Below, piece after piece: positions 28,331 through 36,228 of a stretch of 64,000 nucleotides of DNA. The notes beneath the pieces were generated by a model, which was not told the origin of the DNA, searched no databases, and saw nothing but the letters and a program-made list of their open reading frames with translations. Numbering within the stretch: position 1 is the first letter of the stretch; each line of letters opens with the position of its first letter. Made by a program: the position numbers and the translations under genes. Source of the DNA: a virus (taxonomy: Duplodnaviria; Caudoviricetes); the IMG/VR virus record IMGVR_UViG_3300020356_000001, positions 17,362 to 81,361 of that record; one strand, written 5' to 3'.

Positions 28331-28644
28331 TGAGTTTGAATTGGGATATAAGCAAGTGTAAAAACTGGCAACGCCTGATGAAAGAAGATGAGTACCCAAT
28401 TACTGAAGCCTTGATTCATTGGATGATGGTGATTGGTTTCAAAAGTATTACTGAAAAGAATTGGGGTAAAGTTTTCGCACGACTTGAGATGATGAACAAA
28501 GACAACTTCACAGTTGACGAGGTTTATGATCGGATTGGGCTATCAACTAATTGCTCTGAATTAACTGATGCTCAATGGGCGAAGCAACAGATAACAACAA
28601 AGATTAATAGCCGTGCTATTGAAGTAATAGAAGGGAGAAAGTAA
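28330..28644 (+). CDS. Hypothetical early protein
   Basis: TAATG coupling; MSLNWD...IGLSTN. Confidence 0.7.
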   Translation: MSLNWDISKCKNWQRLMKEDEYPITEALIHWMMVIGFKSITEKNWGKVFARLEMMNKDNFTVDEVYDRIGLSTNCSELTDAQWAKQQITTKINSRAIEVIEGRK

Positions 28645-28787
28645 TGACAATACATATAAGCGTGACTATACCTGATGAGTACTACACATCAGAGGTAGAG
28701 AAACTTATTAATGAATGCCAATCAGCAGTTGGTTTGCTATGCAATGAAAAGGATAGCTGGGCTGAAAGTACATGGAGAGATCGATGA
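28644..28787 (+). CDS. Small hypothetical early protein (47 aa)
   Basis: Coupled to both neighbours. Confidence 0.5.
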   Translation: MTIHISVTIPDEYYTSEVEKLINECQSAVGLLCNEKDSWAESTWRDR

Positions 28788-28972
28788 CAACATGTAGATA
28801 CTGTGAACAAACAATAGACCATGATGGGTTAAATGATTTATGGCGAAGCAGGGAGGGCGGCAAGCTTTCATGTCGAGCGCATACTTCTCGTGGTTTATAT
28901 AGATTTATGCATCAGCCTAAATCACTTAAAGAAATTAAACCCAATATGTATATGGAGGTTGATGATGTTTGA
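28784..28972 (+). CDS. Small Cys/His-containing early protein
   Basis: CRYC...C...H; ATGA overlap. Confidence 0.55.
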   Translation: MTTCRYCEQTIDHDGLNDLWRSREGGKLSCRAHTSRGLYRFMHQPKSLKEIKPNMYMEVDDV

Positions 28973-29288
28973 AGAAAGAAACATACCGAAGGTAACTCAT
29001 CCAACAGATAAACATAATTTCTTTATCATACATACACATGACTTTGAAATAGGTTACTCATACAGTACACCTATTGCATTCAATGAATGGAATGGTAAAG
29101 GTTGGGTAGTCAGAGTTAATGACTGGTCAAACACAACAGGCAAACACTTGAATTGGTTTGAAGTACCAGCTAATCAACGTATACCAGGATGGTCATTCAT
29201 GGATCAGTTAATTAAAGCATGTGATAAAAGGTACGTGCGTATTGAAGAAGATGTATATGAAAGGGATGATGAGAATGAATCATGTTGA
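28965..29288 (+). CDS. Conserved phage early protein
   Basis: YSYSTPIA...WSNTTGKHLNW motif; GGAGG RBS. Confidence 0.7.
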   Translation: MFEERNIPKVTHPTDKHNFFIIHTHDFEIGYSYSTPIAFNEWNGKGWVVRVNDWSNTTGKHLNWFEVPANQRIPGWSFMDQLIKACDKRYVRIEEDVYERDDENESC

Positions 29289-29583
29289 TGAATACGGAAG
29301 GGTAATGATTGATATGTATCCTTCTGATTGGACACAGTTTCATAAGAAGAATCCTCAAGTATATGAATGGTTAGTTAAGTCAGCTATGCAGTTACAAGCT
29401 AACGGTCATAAGAAGTGGGGTATGAAATCTCTCATTGAAGTAATGCGTTGGCAGGTAGCTATGCAAACTACTGATCCTATATTCAAGATTAATAACAATC
29501 ATGCACCATATTATGCGAGGTACATAATGCACATGAATCCATCATTAGATGGGTTCTTTAATATAAGGGAGACAAAGCGATGA
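29275..29583 (+). CDS. Conserved phage early protein
   Basis: FHKKNPQVYE...EVMRW...FKINNNHAPYYAR motif. Confidence 0.7.
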   Translation: MNHVDEYGRVMIDMYPSDWTQFHKKNPQVYEWLVKSAMQLQANGHKKWGMKSLIEVMRWQVAMQTTDPIFKINNNHAPYYARYIMHMNPSLDGFFNIRETKR

Positions 29584-29777
29584 AGGTTAATGAAATGATA
29601 ATTAAAGACTTTCAACCTGATGATGGAATGCAGGATGAAGGGTCAGAGATACAAGCAGTTGTTATTAATTTGTTTATTGAGGCTACAAGTGATTGGAGTT
29701 CAGAAGAATATCTGATTGCATTGCGTAGCTTACGACACAGGGTTGACATATATATAGATTCAGCAGGAGGTGAGTGA
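29580..29777 (+). CDS. Hypothetical early protein
   Basis: ATGA-coupled ORF. Confidence 0.55.
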   Translation: MKVNEMIIKDFQPDDGMQDEGSEIQAVVINLFIEATSDWSSEEYLIALRSLRHRVDIYIDSAGGE

Positions 29778-29959
29778 TGAGTGATAACTGGAACATACAA
29801 ATATGTTTAGGTAATTGGAGAGGTTCAGTTCAGATACCTAAGTCAGTGATACCTGATGCTTATGATGCTAACCAAAAGGTTATTGACCTTGCATGGGATT
29901 GGGTAAATGAACAACAAAAAGCAATATGTTCTCCTTATAAAGTGAGAGAGGTGAGTTAA
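29777..29959 (+). CDS. Hypothetical early protein
   Basis: Coupled ORF with GGAGG RBS. Confidence 0.55.
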   Translation: MSDNWNIQICLGNWRGSVQIPKSVIPDAYDANQKVIDLAWDWVNEQQKAICSPYKVREVS

Positions 29960-29961
29960 TT

Positions 29962-30117
29962 ATGCATGCAAATTCAGAAGCGTTATGTCAATTATGTGAT
30001 TCAGTTATTGCAGAGGTAGTTACCAGCTCAACTATTGCTGGTGTTACTGAGATGGTTGATGATGCCATTGTTTGTAGTAAATGTTTCGATGAAGAAAGGG
30101 GGGATATATATACATGA
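29962..30117 (+). CDS. Small zinc-finger-like protein (51 aa, not in ORF track)
   Basis: CQLC...CSKC. Confidence 0.5.
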   Translation: MHANSEALCQLCDSVIAEVVTSSTIAGVTEMVDDAIVCSKCFDEERGDIYT

Positions 30118-30407
30118 CTGGTAGAATGAAAGAATATATGATGGAGATGGAGGAGGAACAGATGAATGAACCTGACTTAAGCTCTGTCTTTGGTGCTGAC
30201 ATAGAAATCTATTCACCTTCTGCGATCTTAGAAATTGCAGGATGCTATGACGTAAAGATAAGAGAACACATAGCTTTATATGGCAGAGCAGAAATTAATC
30301 ATGCACATTTTACAGAACGTGTTACTTACTACCAAGCTAGAAAGAGAAATCTTCTAGTGTTATGGGCTGAAGTAACAGATAAAAGAAGGGAGTCAGAACC
30401 TTTCTAA
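30114..30407 (+). CDS. Hypothetical early protein
   Basis: ATGA-coupled 97-aa ORF. Confidence 0.6.
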   Translation: MTGRMKEYMMEMEEEQMNEPDLSSVFGADIEIYSPSAILEIAGCYDVKIREHIALYGRAEINHAHFTERVTYYQARKRNLLVLWAEVTDKRRESEPF

Positions 30408-30415
30408 ATTCGCAC

Positions 30416-30741
30416 ATGTTCTACTAAAGCAGGAGTAATGGATGACTGTGGCGGTGTGCGCTAGTACTGGTCCCGAAGGGAGAATGTACTTGACCGAGTA
30501 GTAGAACATTGATAGTGGCAGGTGGAATACGGGGATAGGAAACTATAGGTATCCACTTGTCACTATCACAATTATTCATGGTTCACCCCTCTATATAGAA
30601 CGAACATAGAACCATGAACGAGTAGAGCAAATGAGTTTTATTTTCATTTCCTCAAGGGCTGATTGTAGTGACCTTTAAGTGTGAGTAATCATGGAAGGCG
30701 CTATGAGAGTGGGTTCGATTCCCACCTACTCACGCACTTAA
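30416..30741 (+). ncRNA. Candidate structured ncRNA of about 330 nt ending in a tRNA-like acceptor/T-arm domain
   Basis: Consecutive long stems with G.U pairs, a GAAA tetraloop, and GTGGG-TTCGATT-CCCAC T-arm. Confidence 0.6.
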
Positions 30742-30759
30742 ACAAATAGAAAGGGGTGC

Positions 30760-31167
30760 ATGATGAGAGATATAACTCTTGTTGGTAATTTAACTCGTGA
30801 GTTCGAGTATAAAGCATTGAGTAATGACAGCGTTGTAGCTAATGGTTCAATGGCTGTTAACTCCAGGACTAAAGATCCTAAGACAGGTGAATGGGGTGAT
30901 GGTGACCCACACTTCTTTAACCTTGCAGTATGGGGTGAAGTTCAAGCAGAGAATGTAATCGAGTCTCTTGATAAGGGGACTAGGGTTATTGTTAACGGAC
31001 AGATCAATATGAAAACTGTTACTGATGATGATGGTAATAAGAAAACATATAGTGAAGTTAGAGTTGAACACATTGGCCCTGAATTGAGATGGGCTACATG
31101 TTCTGTTGCTAGAAACGCTAAAGGTAACAGTACTTCTAAGTACAATACACCTGAAGAGAAGTTCTAA
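30760..31167 (+). CDS. ssb: Single-stranded DNA-binding protein (actinobacterial type)
   Basis: ITLVGNLTR...AVN.R...GEW.DG...FFNLAVWG...AENV.ESL.KG.RVIV.G...IGPELRWA. Confidence 0.9.
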   Translation: MMRDITLVGNLTREFEYKALSNDSVVANGSMAVNSRTKDPKTGEWGDGDPHFFNLAVWGEVQAENVIESLDKGTRVIVNGQINMKTVTDDDGNKKTYSEVRVEHIGPELRWATCSVARNAKGNSTSKYNTPEEKF

Positions 31168-31451
31168 TGGAGCCTGCGAAAAGGCAGGCAAGAAGATTAT
31201 CTGACATTCATAAATTAATTAAACAATTTAGTACAGCTTTGGAAGTTGATCCCTTTGATAGTAAGAGGGATCAAGCCAAAGTTAATGGATTAATTAATGA
31301 CATAAGAAAAGTGTTGGGCGGCGAAGTGCTACCTAAACAACCAGTTCAATACACATATTATGAACCTGAACAAGTGGAGCCTCAAGATCCAGCATTAGCT
31401 ATGGAATGGATAGATAAAATAAGAAAGGAAAAACGTGGAACGATTGAGTAA
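31167..31451 (+). CDS. Hypothetical protein
   Basis: TAATG-coupled ORF. Confidence 0.6.
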   Translation: MEPAKRQARRLSDIHKLIKQFSTALEVDPFDSKRDQAKVNGLINDIRKVLGGEVLPKQPVQYTYYEPEQVEPQDPALAMEWIDKIRKEKRGTIE

Positions 31452-31746
31452 TAAAGAAGCTGAAGAGTTTCTTAATAGATATACAACCAAGCCTAAGTAC
31501 CCTTGGGATGAATGGTTAGATATGGATGTAGATGAGTGGAGTGTACTTGCTAAAGACATTGACTTTGCATGTTCACTTACATCTATGAGGAACCAGTTAT
31601 ATAGGCAAGCGGATAAAAGAAATATTCGTTTGCAGATAGTTGCAATAGTAGCTGGTGAAACAGTGAGTAGTTTAAAGAAGGACTGCTTAATATACAGACA
31701 AGTGGAACGTGATAAACGTTCCTATATGTTGGGAGAAAAGAAATGA
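31435..31746 (+). CDS. Conserved actinophage-type small protein (possibly DNA-binding)
   Basis: KYPWDEWLD...DF...SMRNQLYRQA motif. Confidence 0.6.
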   Translation: MERLSNKEAEEFLNRYTTKPKYPWDEWLDMDVDEWSVLAKDIDFACSLTSMRNQLYRQADKRNIRLQIVAIVAGETVSSLKKDCLIYRQVERDKRSYMLGEKK

Positions 31747-31988
31747 ATAATGTAGATGCATGGCCGGAAGGTCGTACGATTGTAAAGATTAGACCAGCTA
31801 CTGATAAAGATTTAGAGTTACATGGCTTTGAATTTAATATAGATAGTGGGATAGTCCTGGTGCTTGATGATGACAGCACACTTATTCCTTCTATGGATGA
31901 AGAAGGTAATGGATGTGGTGTTTTGTTTGGTGAGCGTGATAATAAATCAATGCAGGTTGTTGCTGAGTGGGTGTTATCAAATGAATAA
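31743..31988 (+). CDS. Conserved phage protein
   Basis: GRTIVKIR...SMDEEGNGCGVLFG motif. Confidence 0.65.
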   Translation: MNNVDAWPEGRTIVKIRPATDKDLELHGFEFNIDSGIVLVLDDDSTLIPSMDEEGNGCGVLFGERDNKSMQVVAEWVLSNE

Positions 31989-32235
31989 AATATCTACTAA
32001 AGGTTACATGTCACCTGATTTTCCTAAAGATAACTTTCATTGGCAATCTCTTGTATACATACATGACATTGATCCAAAAGAATTAAAACTTATAGGTGAT
32101 CGTTTAACTCCACAAAGGTTAGAAAGGATTTGGGCTGATCATATACTAGGTATAACAAGTGATAATGAACATGCCATTCTAAGTAATGAACATGCAGATA
32201 AATACATTTGGGAAGGGAGCAATGAGAGTAAATAG
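31981..32235 (+). CDS. Hypothetical protein
   Basis: ATG at 31981 overlapping the upstream stop. Confidence 0.55.
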   Translation: MNKISTKGYMSPDFPKDNFHWQSLVYIHDIDPKELKLIGDRLTPQRLERIWADHILGITSDNEHAILSNEHADKYIWEGSNESK

Positions 32236-33121
32236 TAAACAACCATTCTTAGTGCAAAAACTAGCTGAACAATGGAGTGAAAATAATGAAGCTCCATCTA
32301 TGCCGGATGATAAAAGTTGGCGTGGTTCAATGGCAGGTAGCTGTGCTAGGCAAGTGGCATACAGGTTGAGTGATACTGAAGCATCTGATCCTATTGACTT
32401 GGCTGGGTTCTGGAATATGGGACTGGGTTCAATGATTCATAATGAATTAGAACAAGCGATACATGATTGGGCTGACAGTCAACCGAATGTAGAAGTTATT
32501 GCGGAACATGAAATGGAACTGGGCGAACGTGGCTATGGTCATGCTGACACATTAGTTATCATGGACATTCCTTGGGTTGGCAAAGTCAAGGTGTTATTTG
32601 AATTGAAAACTGTTGGTGGTTTCGGTTACAAGAACATGATTGGTTTGAACAAAAACAAGTATGCGGAAGGACCGAAGTGGAGTGCATTCGTACAAGGTGC
32701 GATGTATGCAAGTGCTGTTGATGCTGATTTGTTAGTCATCGGTTACTTGGCACGTGAGGGTGTCAGTAAGAACATGGCAAAAAACTACAGCAAGTCAGAG
32801 ATAGAGCGGATGGGGGCAGAGTGGCACTATACAAAGGAGCAGTACATGGTAGTAGCCGCCGAGGAAATCGAACGGCTCGATGGGATATCGGCGGCAGTAG
32901 CGGAAGGGAGAACTCCATCTGAAATACCAGCTAGGTTTTCTAAGAGTGACCCTGAGATCCCATTCCCTGCTGAAGTTACACATCCTGAGAAGGGAGCGTG
33001 GAGATTGTATGCAAAAGATGGAAGCTTAGTGAATGCAGGTACTACTTGGATGTGCAACTATTGTCAGTTTCAACAACAATGCAAGGGAGATACTGATGAC
33101 GTTTTATCTAGGGACGCATGA
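32222..33121 (+). CDS. Cas4-like PD-(D/E)XK exonuclease with four Cys (possible Fe-S cluster)
   Basis: GSCARQ, LGSMIH, GHAD, ELKT, Q..MYA, CNYCQFQQQC. Confidence 0.8.
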   Translation: MRVNSKQPFLVQKLAEQWSENNEAPSMPDDKSWRGSMAGSCARQVAYRLSDTEASDPIDLAGFWNMGLGSMIHNELEQAIHDWADSQPNVEVIAEHEMELGERGYGHADTLVIMDIPWVGKVKVLFELKTVGGFGYKNMIGLNKNKYAEGPKWSAFVQGAMYASAVDADLLVIGYLAREGVSKNMAKNYSKSEIERMGAEWHYTKEQYMVVAAEEIERLDGISAAVAEGRTPSEIPARFSKSDPEIPFPAEVTHPEKGAWRLYAKDGSLVNAGTTWMCNYCQFQQQCKGDTDDVLSRDA

Positions 33122-33824
33122 ACCACACTGGTTAGGAAATGTAGACGTACCTTTATTTGTATCACGTAGAAGATTAGATAGATTAAACAAGCTACCAGTA
33201 GCACTATGTCAGTGGTCTTTGGATAGCGGAGGGTTTACTGAACTACACCAATATGGTGGCTGGCAATTATCTGCTACTGATTACGCATCAAAAGTAAAAA
33301 GATATATAGATGAGATAGGTAATCTAAATTGGGCGGCTCCTCAAGATTGGATGTGTGAAACAACTGCCTTAAAATCTACGGGGTTAACTGTTCACGATCA
33401 TCAAGTTTTAACTGTTGATAACTTTCTTGAGCTTAGACAATTATTAGGTGAAGTTGTTGTTCCAGTTCTACAAGGATGGGAGTATGACGATTACCATAGA
33501 TGTGTAGAGATGTACGATAAAGCTGGTGTTGATCTTTCATCTGAACCTACTATCGGATTGGGTTCTGTTTGTAGACGACATGCTTTAAAAGAAATAACTC
33601 ATATCATTACCAGCCTTCAACCTCTTAAACTACATGGGTTTGGAGTTAAAGGAGATGGATACAAAGCTAACTTACATAGATTAGTTAGTGCTGATTCAAT
33701 GGCTTGGTCATTTGGTGCAAGATATAAACCACCTTTAGATGGATGCACTCATAAGACTTGTGCTAATTGTAAACGCTTTGCTTTGTTGTGGAGAGATCAA
33801 ATGTTAAATGGATTAGAGGATTAA
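33096..33824 (+). CDS. TGT-fold, queuine tRNA-ribosyltransferase/DpdA-like protein
   Basis: LDSGGF, PQDWMCE, PVLQG, IGLGSVCRR, HGFGVK, SADSMAWS motifs. Confidence 0.75.
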   Translation: MTFYLGTHEPHWLGNVDVPLFVSRRRLDRLNKLPVALCQWSLDSGGFTELHQYGGWQLSATDYASKVKRYIDEIGNLNWAAPQDWMCETTALKSTGLTVHDHQVLTVDNFLELRQLLGEVVVPVLQGWEYDDYHRCVEMYDKAGVDLSSEPTIGLGSVCRRHALKEITHIITSLQPLKLHGFGVKGDGYKANLHRLVSADSMAWSFGARYKPPLDGCTHKTCANCKRFALLWRDQMLNGLED

Positions 33825-33826
33825 GG

Positions 33827-34384
33827 ATGCAATTTGTTTTAAATCTTTGTGCTTTGATAGCTAGCCTAATTCAAGTACCAGTTATAGCTGATGTTGAATA
33901 CAGATACTATGAGAGTGGTTCTCATATAGTTGAACTACAAGAGTGGCTTGGTGATGTCCAGGTCGATGGAGTGTATGGCCCTAACACACGCAAGGCGCAC
34001 ATGAAATCGCTAGGCTCTAAAGAGATGGCTTATCACCGATGGTACGGTGGAGGAAAAATTGGGGAACCGGAAAGGCTTGATGTTTTGGTAAGAGAATACT
34101 TCTTGCCGGAGCATCAGCCTTGGGCTATAAGAGTGGCAATGTGTGAGAGCAGTACACAGCCATGGCATACAAGCAACTATGCTATATCTCCTGCGTTAGC
34201 TGTCGGAGTTTTCCAACATTTAAGCAAGTACTGGGATTCGAGATCAACTGCCGCTGGCTGGGCTGGCTACTCACCGTACGATATGCGAGCGAACACAGCT
34301 ACTGCCGCTTATCTCTTCTATAACTCTGGCGATCATCATTGGAATCCATCACGTTCCTGTTGGGAAAAGGCTATACTACAGTAA
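33827..34384 (+). CDS. Secreted lytic transglycosylase (SLT/Rpf-like) with peptidoglycan-binding domain
   Basis: Hydrophobic N-terminal signal; LQEWL...DGVYGPNT; AMCES catalytic Glu, GVFQ...W. Confidence 0.7.
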   Translation: MQFVLNLCALIASLIQVPVIADVEYRYYESGSHIVELQEWLGDVQVDGVYGPNTRKAHMKSLGSKEMAYHRWYGGGKIGEPERLDVLVREYFLPEHQPWAIRVAMCESSTQPWHTSNYAISPALAVGVFQHLSKYWDSRSTAAGWAGYSPYDMRANTATAAYLFYNSGDHHWNPSRSCWEKAILQ

Positions 34385-34403
34385 CAACTAAAAGGGAGAA
34401 CCA

Positions 34404-35264
34404 ATGGTACGTGAGGTAGTACCTGTAGGTACGAACTACAGGATTCCTGAACAGGGAAGAATAAGACTTGGTGTGAAGACAGAACGTGCAATGAAATCCA
34501 TTGACAAGTTCCGGTTCACATCATCAGACAAATCAGCTATTGAAGCAATCGCACAGTTACATGGAGGCACAGTTAACGAGTGGACTCCACCTCGTTCACA
34601 AGAACAACAATGGGAAGTTATCACTCAAGTAGATGAGATACGTGTGTTCCTTCCACCTAACAGTATCAATGTGACTTACGAAGAATGGTCTGGCGGTGGA
34701 CTGGTACGTAGATGTGATGGTATACAAATGGAGATCGGTGTCGATGGACCTGAAGGTAAAGAAATGGATGTGGCTCCATGCTGGTGCAAGTCTGAACTAA
34801 ACAAACAAGATAAACCAATGGCATGTAAACCATATACAAGACTTAACGTCATATTACCTGACATAAAGTTTGGTGGAGTATGGAGATTAGAAACTAAAAG
34901 TTGGAATGCCGCTCAAGAACTACCCGGAATGGCACAGATATTAACTCAGTTGCAAGCTCAAGGTATTCTTGAAGGTTACTTACAAATAGATAAACGTGAG
35001 AAGATAACTGATGGTAAGAAAAGAAAGTTTATTGTTCCTAAACTTGTAACTACTAGCACTCCTGCTCAGATATTAAGTGGGGGTTCAATGGTCGAAGCGA
35101 TAGAACCAGCAAGACCAGCTTCTTCAGAATCACATAGCACTATGGAATTGGGCGCTGTCGTTGATGCAGAAATAGTTGAAGACTCTTGGGATAAGCCACC
35201 AATAGGAGTTAAAGTAAAGAAGAATCCTGATCCGAATGGTTTAAAATATGTACGAGCAGATTAG
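34404..35264 (+). CDS. phiC31 gp3-like (recombination directionality factor-like) protein
   Basis: GRIRLG...FRFTS...RRCDG...C.C...ACKPYTRLNV.LP...GVWRLETKSWNAA.ELPG. Confidence 0.7.
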   Translation: MVREVVPVGTNYRIPEQGRIRLGVKTERAMKSIDKFRFTSSDKSAIEAIAQLHGGTVNEWTPPRSQEQQWEVITQVDEIRVFLPPNSINVTYEEWSGGGLVRRCDGIQMEIGVDGPEGKEMDVAPCWCKSELNKQDKPMACKPYTRLNVILPDIKFGGVWRLETKSWNAAQELPGMAQILTQLQAQGILEGYLQIDKREKITDGKKRKFIVPKLVTTSTPAQILSGGSMVEAIEPARPASSESHSTMELGAVVDAEIVEDSWDKPPIGVKVKKNPDPNGLKYVRAD

Positions 35265-35331
35265 AGAGGGGGTCGTTGTACCGCACCCCACGCATAAGGT
35301 AGCTCCCTGCCTTGTCCAACGATCCCCTCTC
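35264..35331 (+). ncRNA. Small intergenic structured RNA element (68 nt)
   Basis: 15-bp closing stem GAGAGGGGGTCGTTG/CAACGATCCCCTCTC (1 G.U) plus inner AGGTAG/CTGCCT (1 G.U). Confidence 0.45.
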
Positions 35332-35336
35332 GCTCA

Positions 35337-35696
35337 ATGAGTAATATCTATGGAAAAGGAGCAAAAGGAAGAGCTACTAAACTTCATGCTCAGATCATTA
35401 GGAATCTTGGCTATTGTGAGTCTTGTGGGTCTGGCCATAATCTCCAATGCGCTCATATAATCTCACGTAAATACTCTCAGACTAGAACCTCACTAGATAA
35501 TGCGTTCTGTTTATGTGCCAGTTGTCATGCACGTTACACAGATCATCCGGTTGAGTTTGGAAAGTTTGTTACTGACATGATGGGTGAAGAAAAGTACAAT
35601 GAACTTAGGCAGTTAAGCAACTTGACAGACAAGGTAGATTGGGAAGCAGAAGCTGACCGTCTAAAAGAAATAGCAAAGGAAGAAGGGATTATCTGA
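35337..35696 (+). CDS. NinG-like/HNH nuclease
   Basis: CESC...CAHIISR...TR..LDN...LCASCH. Confidence 0.75.
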   Translation: MSNIYGKGAKGRATKLHAQIIRNLGYCESCGSGHNLQCAHIISRKYSQTRTSLDNAFCLCASCHARYTDHPVEFGKFVTDMMGEEKYNELRQLSNLTDKVDWEAEADRLKEIAKEEGII

Positions 35697-35944
35697 TGGA
35701 CGATTCATATTTAGAGGAACCATTTGGTATAACTCTTGAGCTTGAACCAGACACTCGTGTCTTCAATCTTCATGGCAGAGCGTCAGCTTCGATGCTTCTG
35801 TTTTTTTTAATGGATGCATCTGAAGGTGGGTTGTTAAACAAATTACAAGAAGAAGTATCGTTTGATAATTTGTTAACTGGATACCACACGAACGGCAAAG
35901 AACCTGAAGGAGATGTAGATGACGGAAGCACCGAAGAAGAATAG
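35696..35944 (+). CDS. Hypothetical acidic protein
   Basis: TGATG-coupled ORF. Confidence 0.55.
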   Translation: MDDSYLEEPFGITLELEPDTRVFNLHGRASASMLLFFLMDASEGGLLNKLQEEVSFDNLLTGYHTNGKEPEGDVDDGSTEEE

Positions 35945-36074
35945 TAAATACGTTCAATGTTGGAACTGTGATGGTTACATTGGGAGAAAACTTTTAACAA
36001 GAGAAGAGTACAATAATACGTGTCCCCTATGTGAAGCTACCGAGGTTATAGATGGATTGGGAACCACCACTTGA
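35919..36074 (+). CDS. Small zinc-finger protein (51 aa, not in ORF track)
   Basis: CWNC...CPLC. Confidence 0.5.
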   Translation: MTEAPKKNSKYVQCWNCDGYIGRKLLTREEYNNTCPLCEATEVIDGLGTTT

Positions 36075-36228
36075 AATAACAAGATGGAATTTTATACAAG
36101 ATAAATCTTTCGAGAACATGAGTGGCCTACCTGCTGAAGCATGGGTTGAAATGTTTATGACACCGTTAGATTCTTTAAAAGGTAAAAGTGTTTACGATAA
36201 AATCCGTGAAGATTTAGGGTTAGATTAG
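36052..36228 (+). CDS. Small hypothetical protein (58 aa, not in ORF track); last early gene
   Basis: MDWEPPLE...DLGLD; its stop abuts the convergent late-gene stop at 36229. Confidence 0.5.
   Translation: MDWEPPLEITRWNFIQDKSFENMSGLPAEAWVEMFMTPLDSLKGKSVYDKIREDLGLD

Noticed and set aside
30681-30733. Canonical tRNA gene
   Set aside because: T-arm and acceptor-like stem are present, but there is no proper D-arm plus anticodon arm and no CCA; reported as a tRNA-like ncRNA instead.
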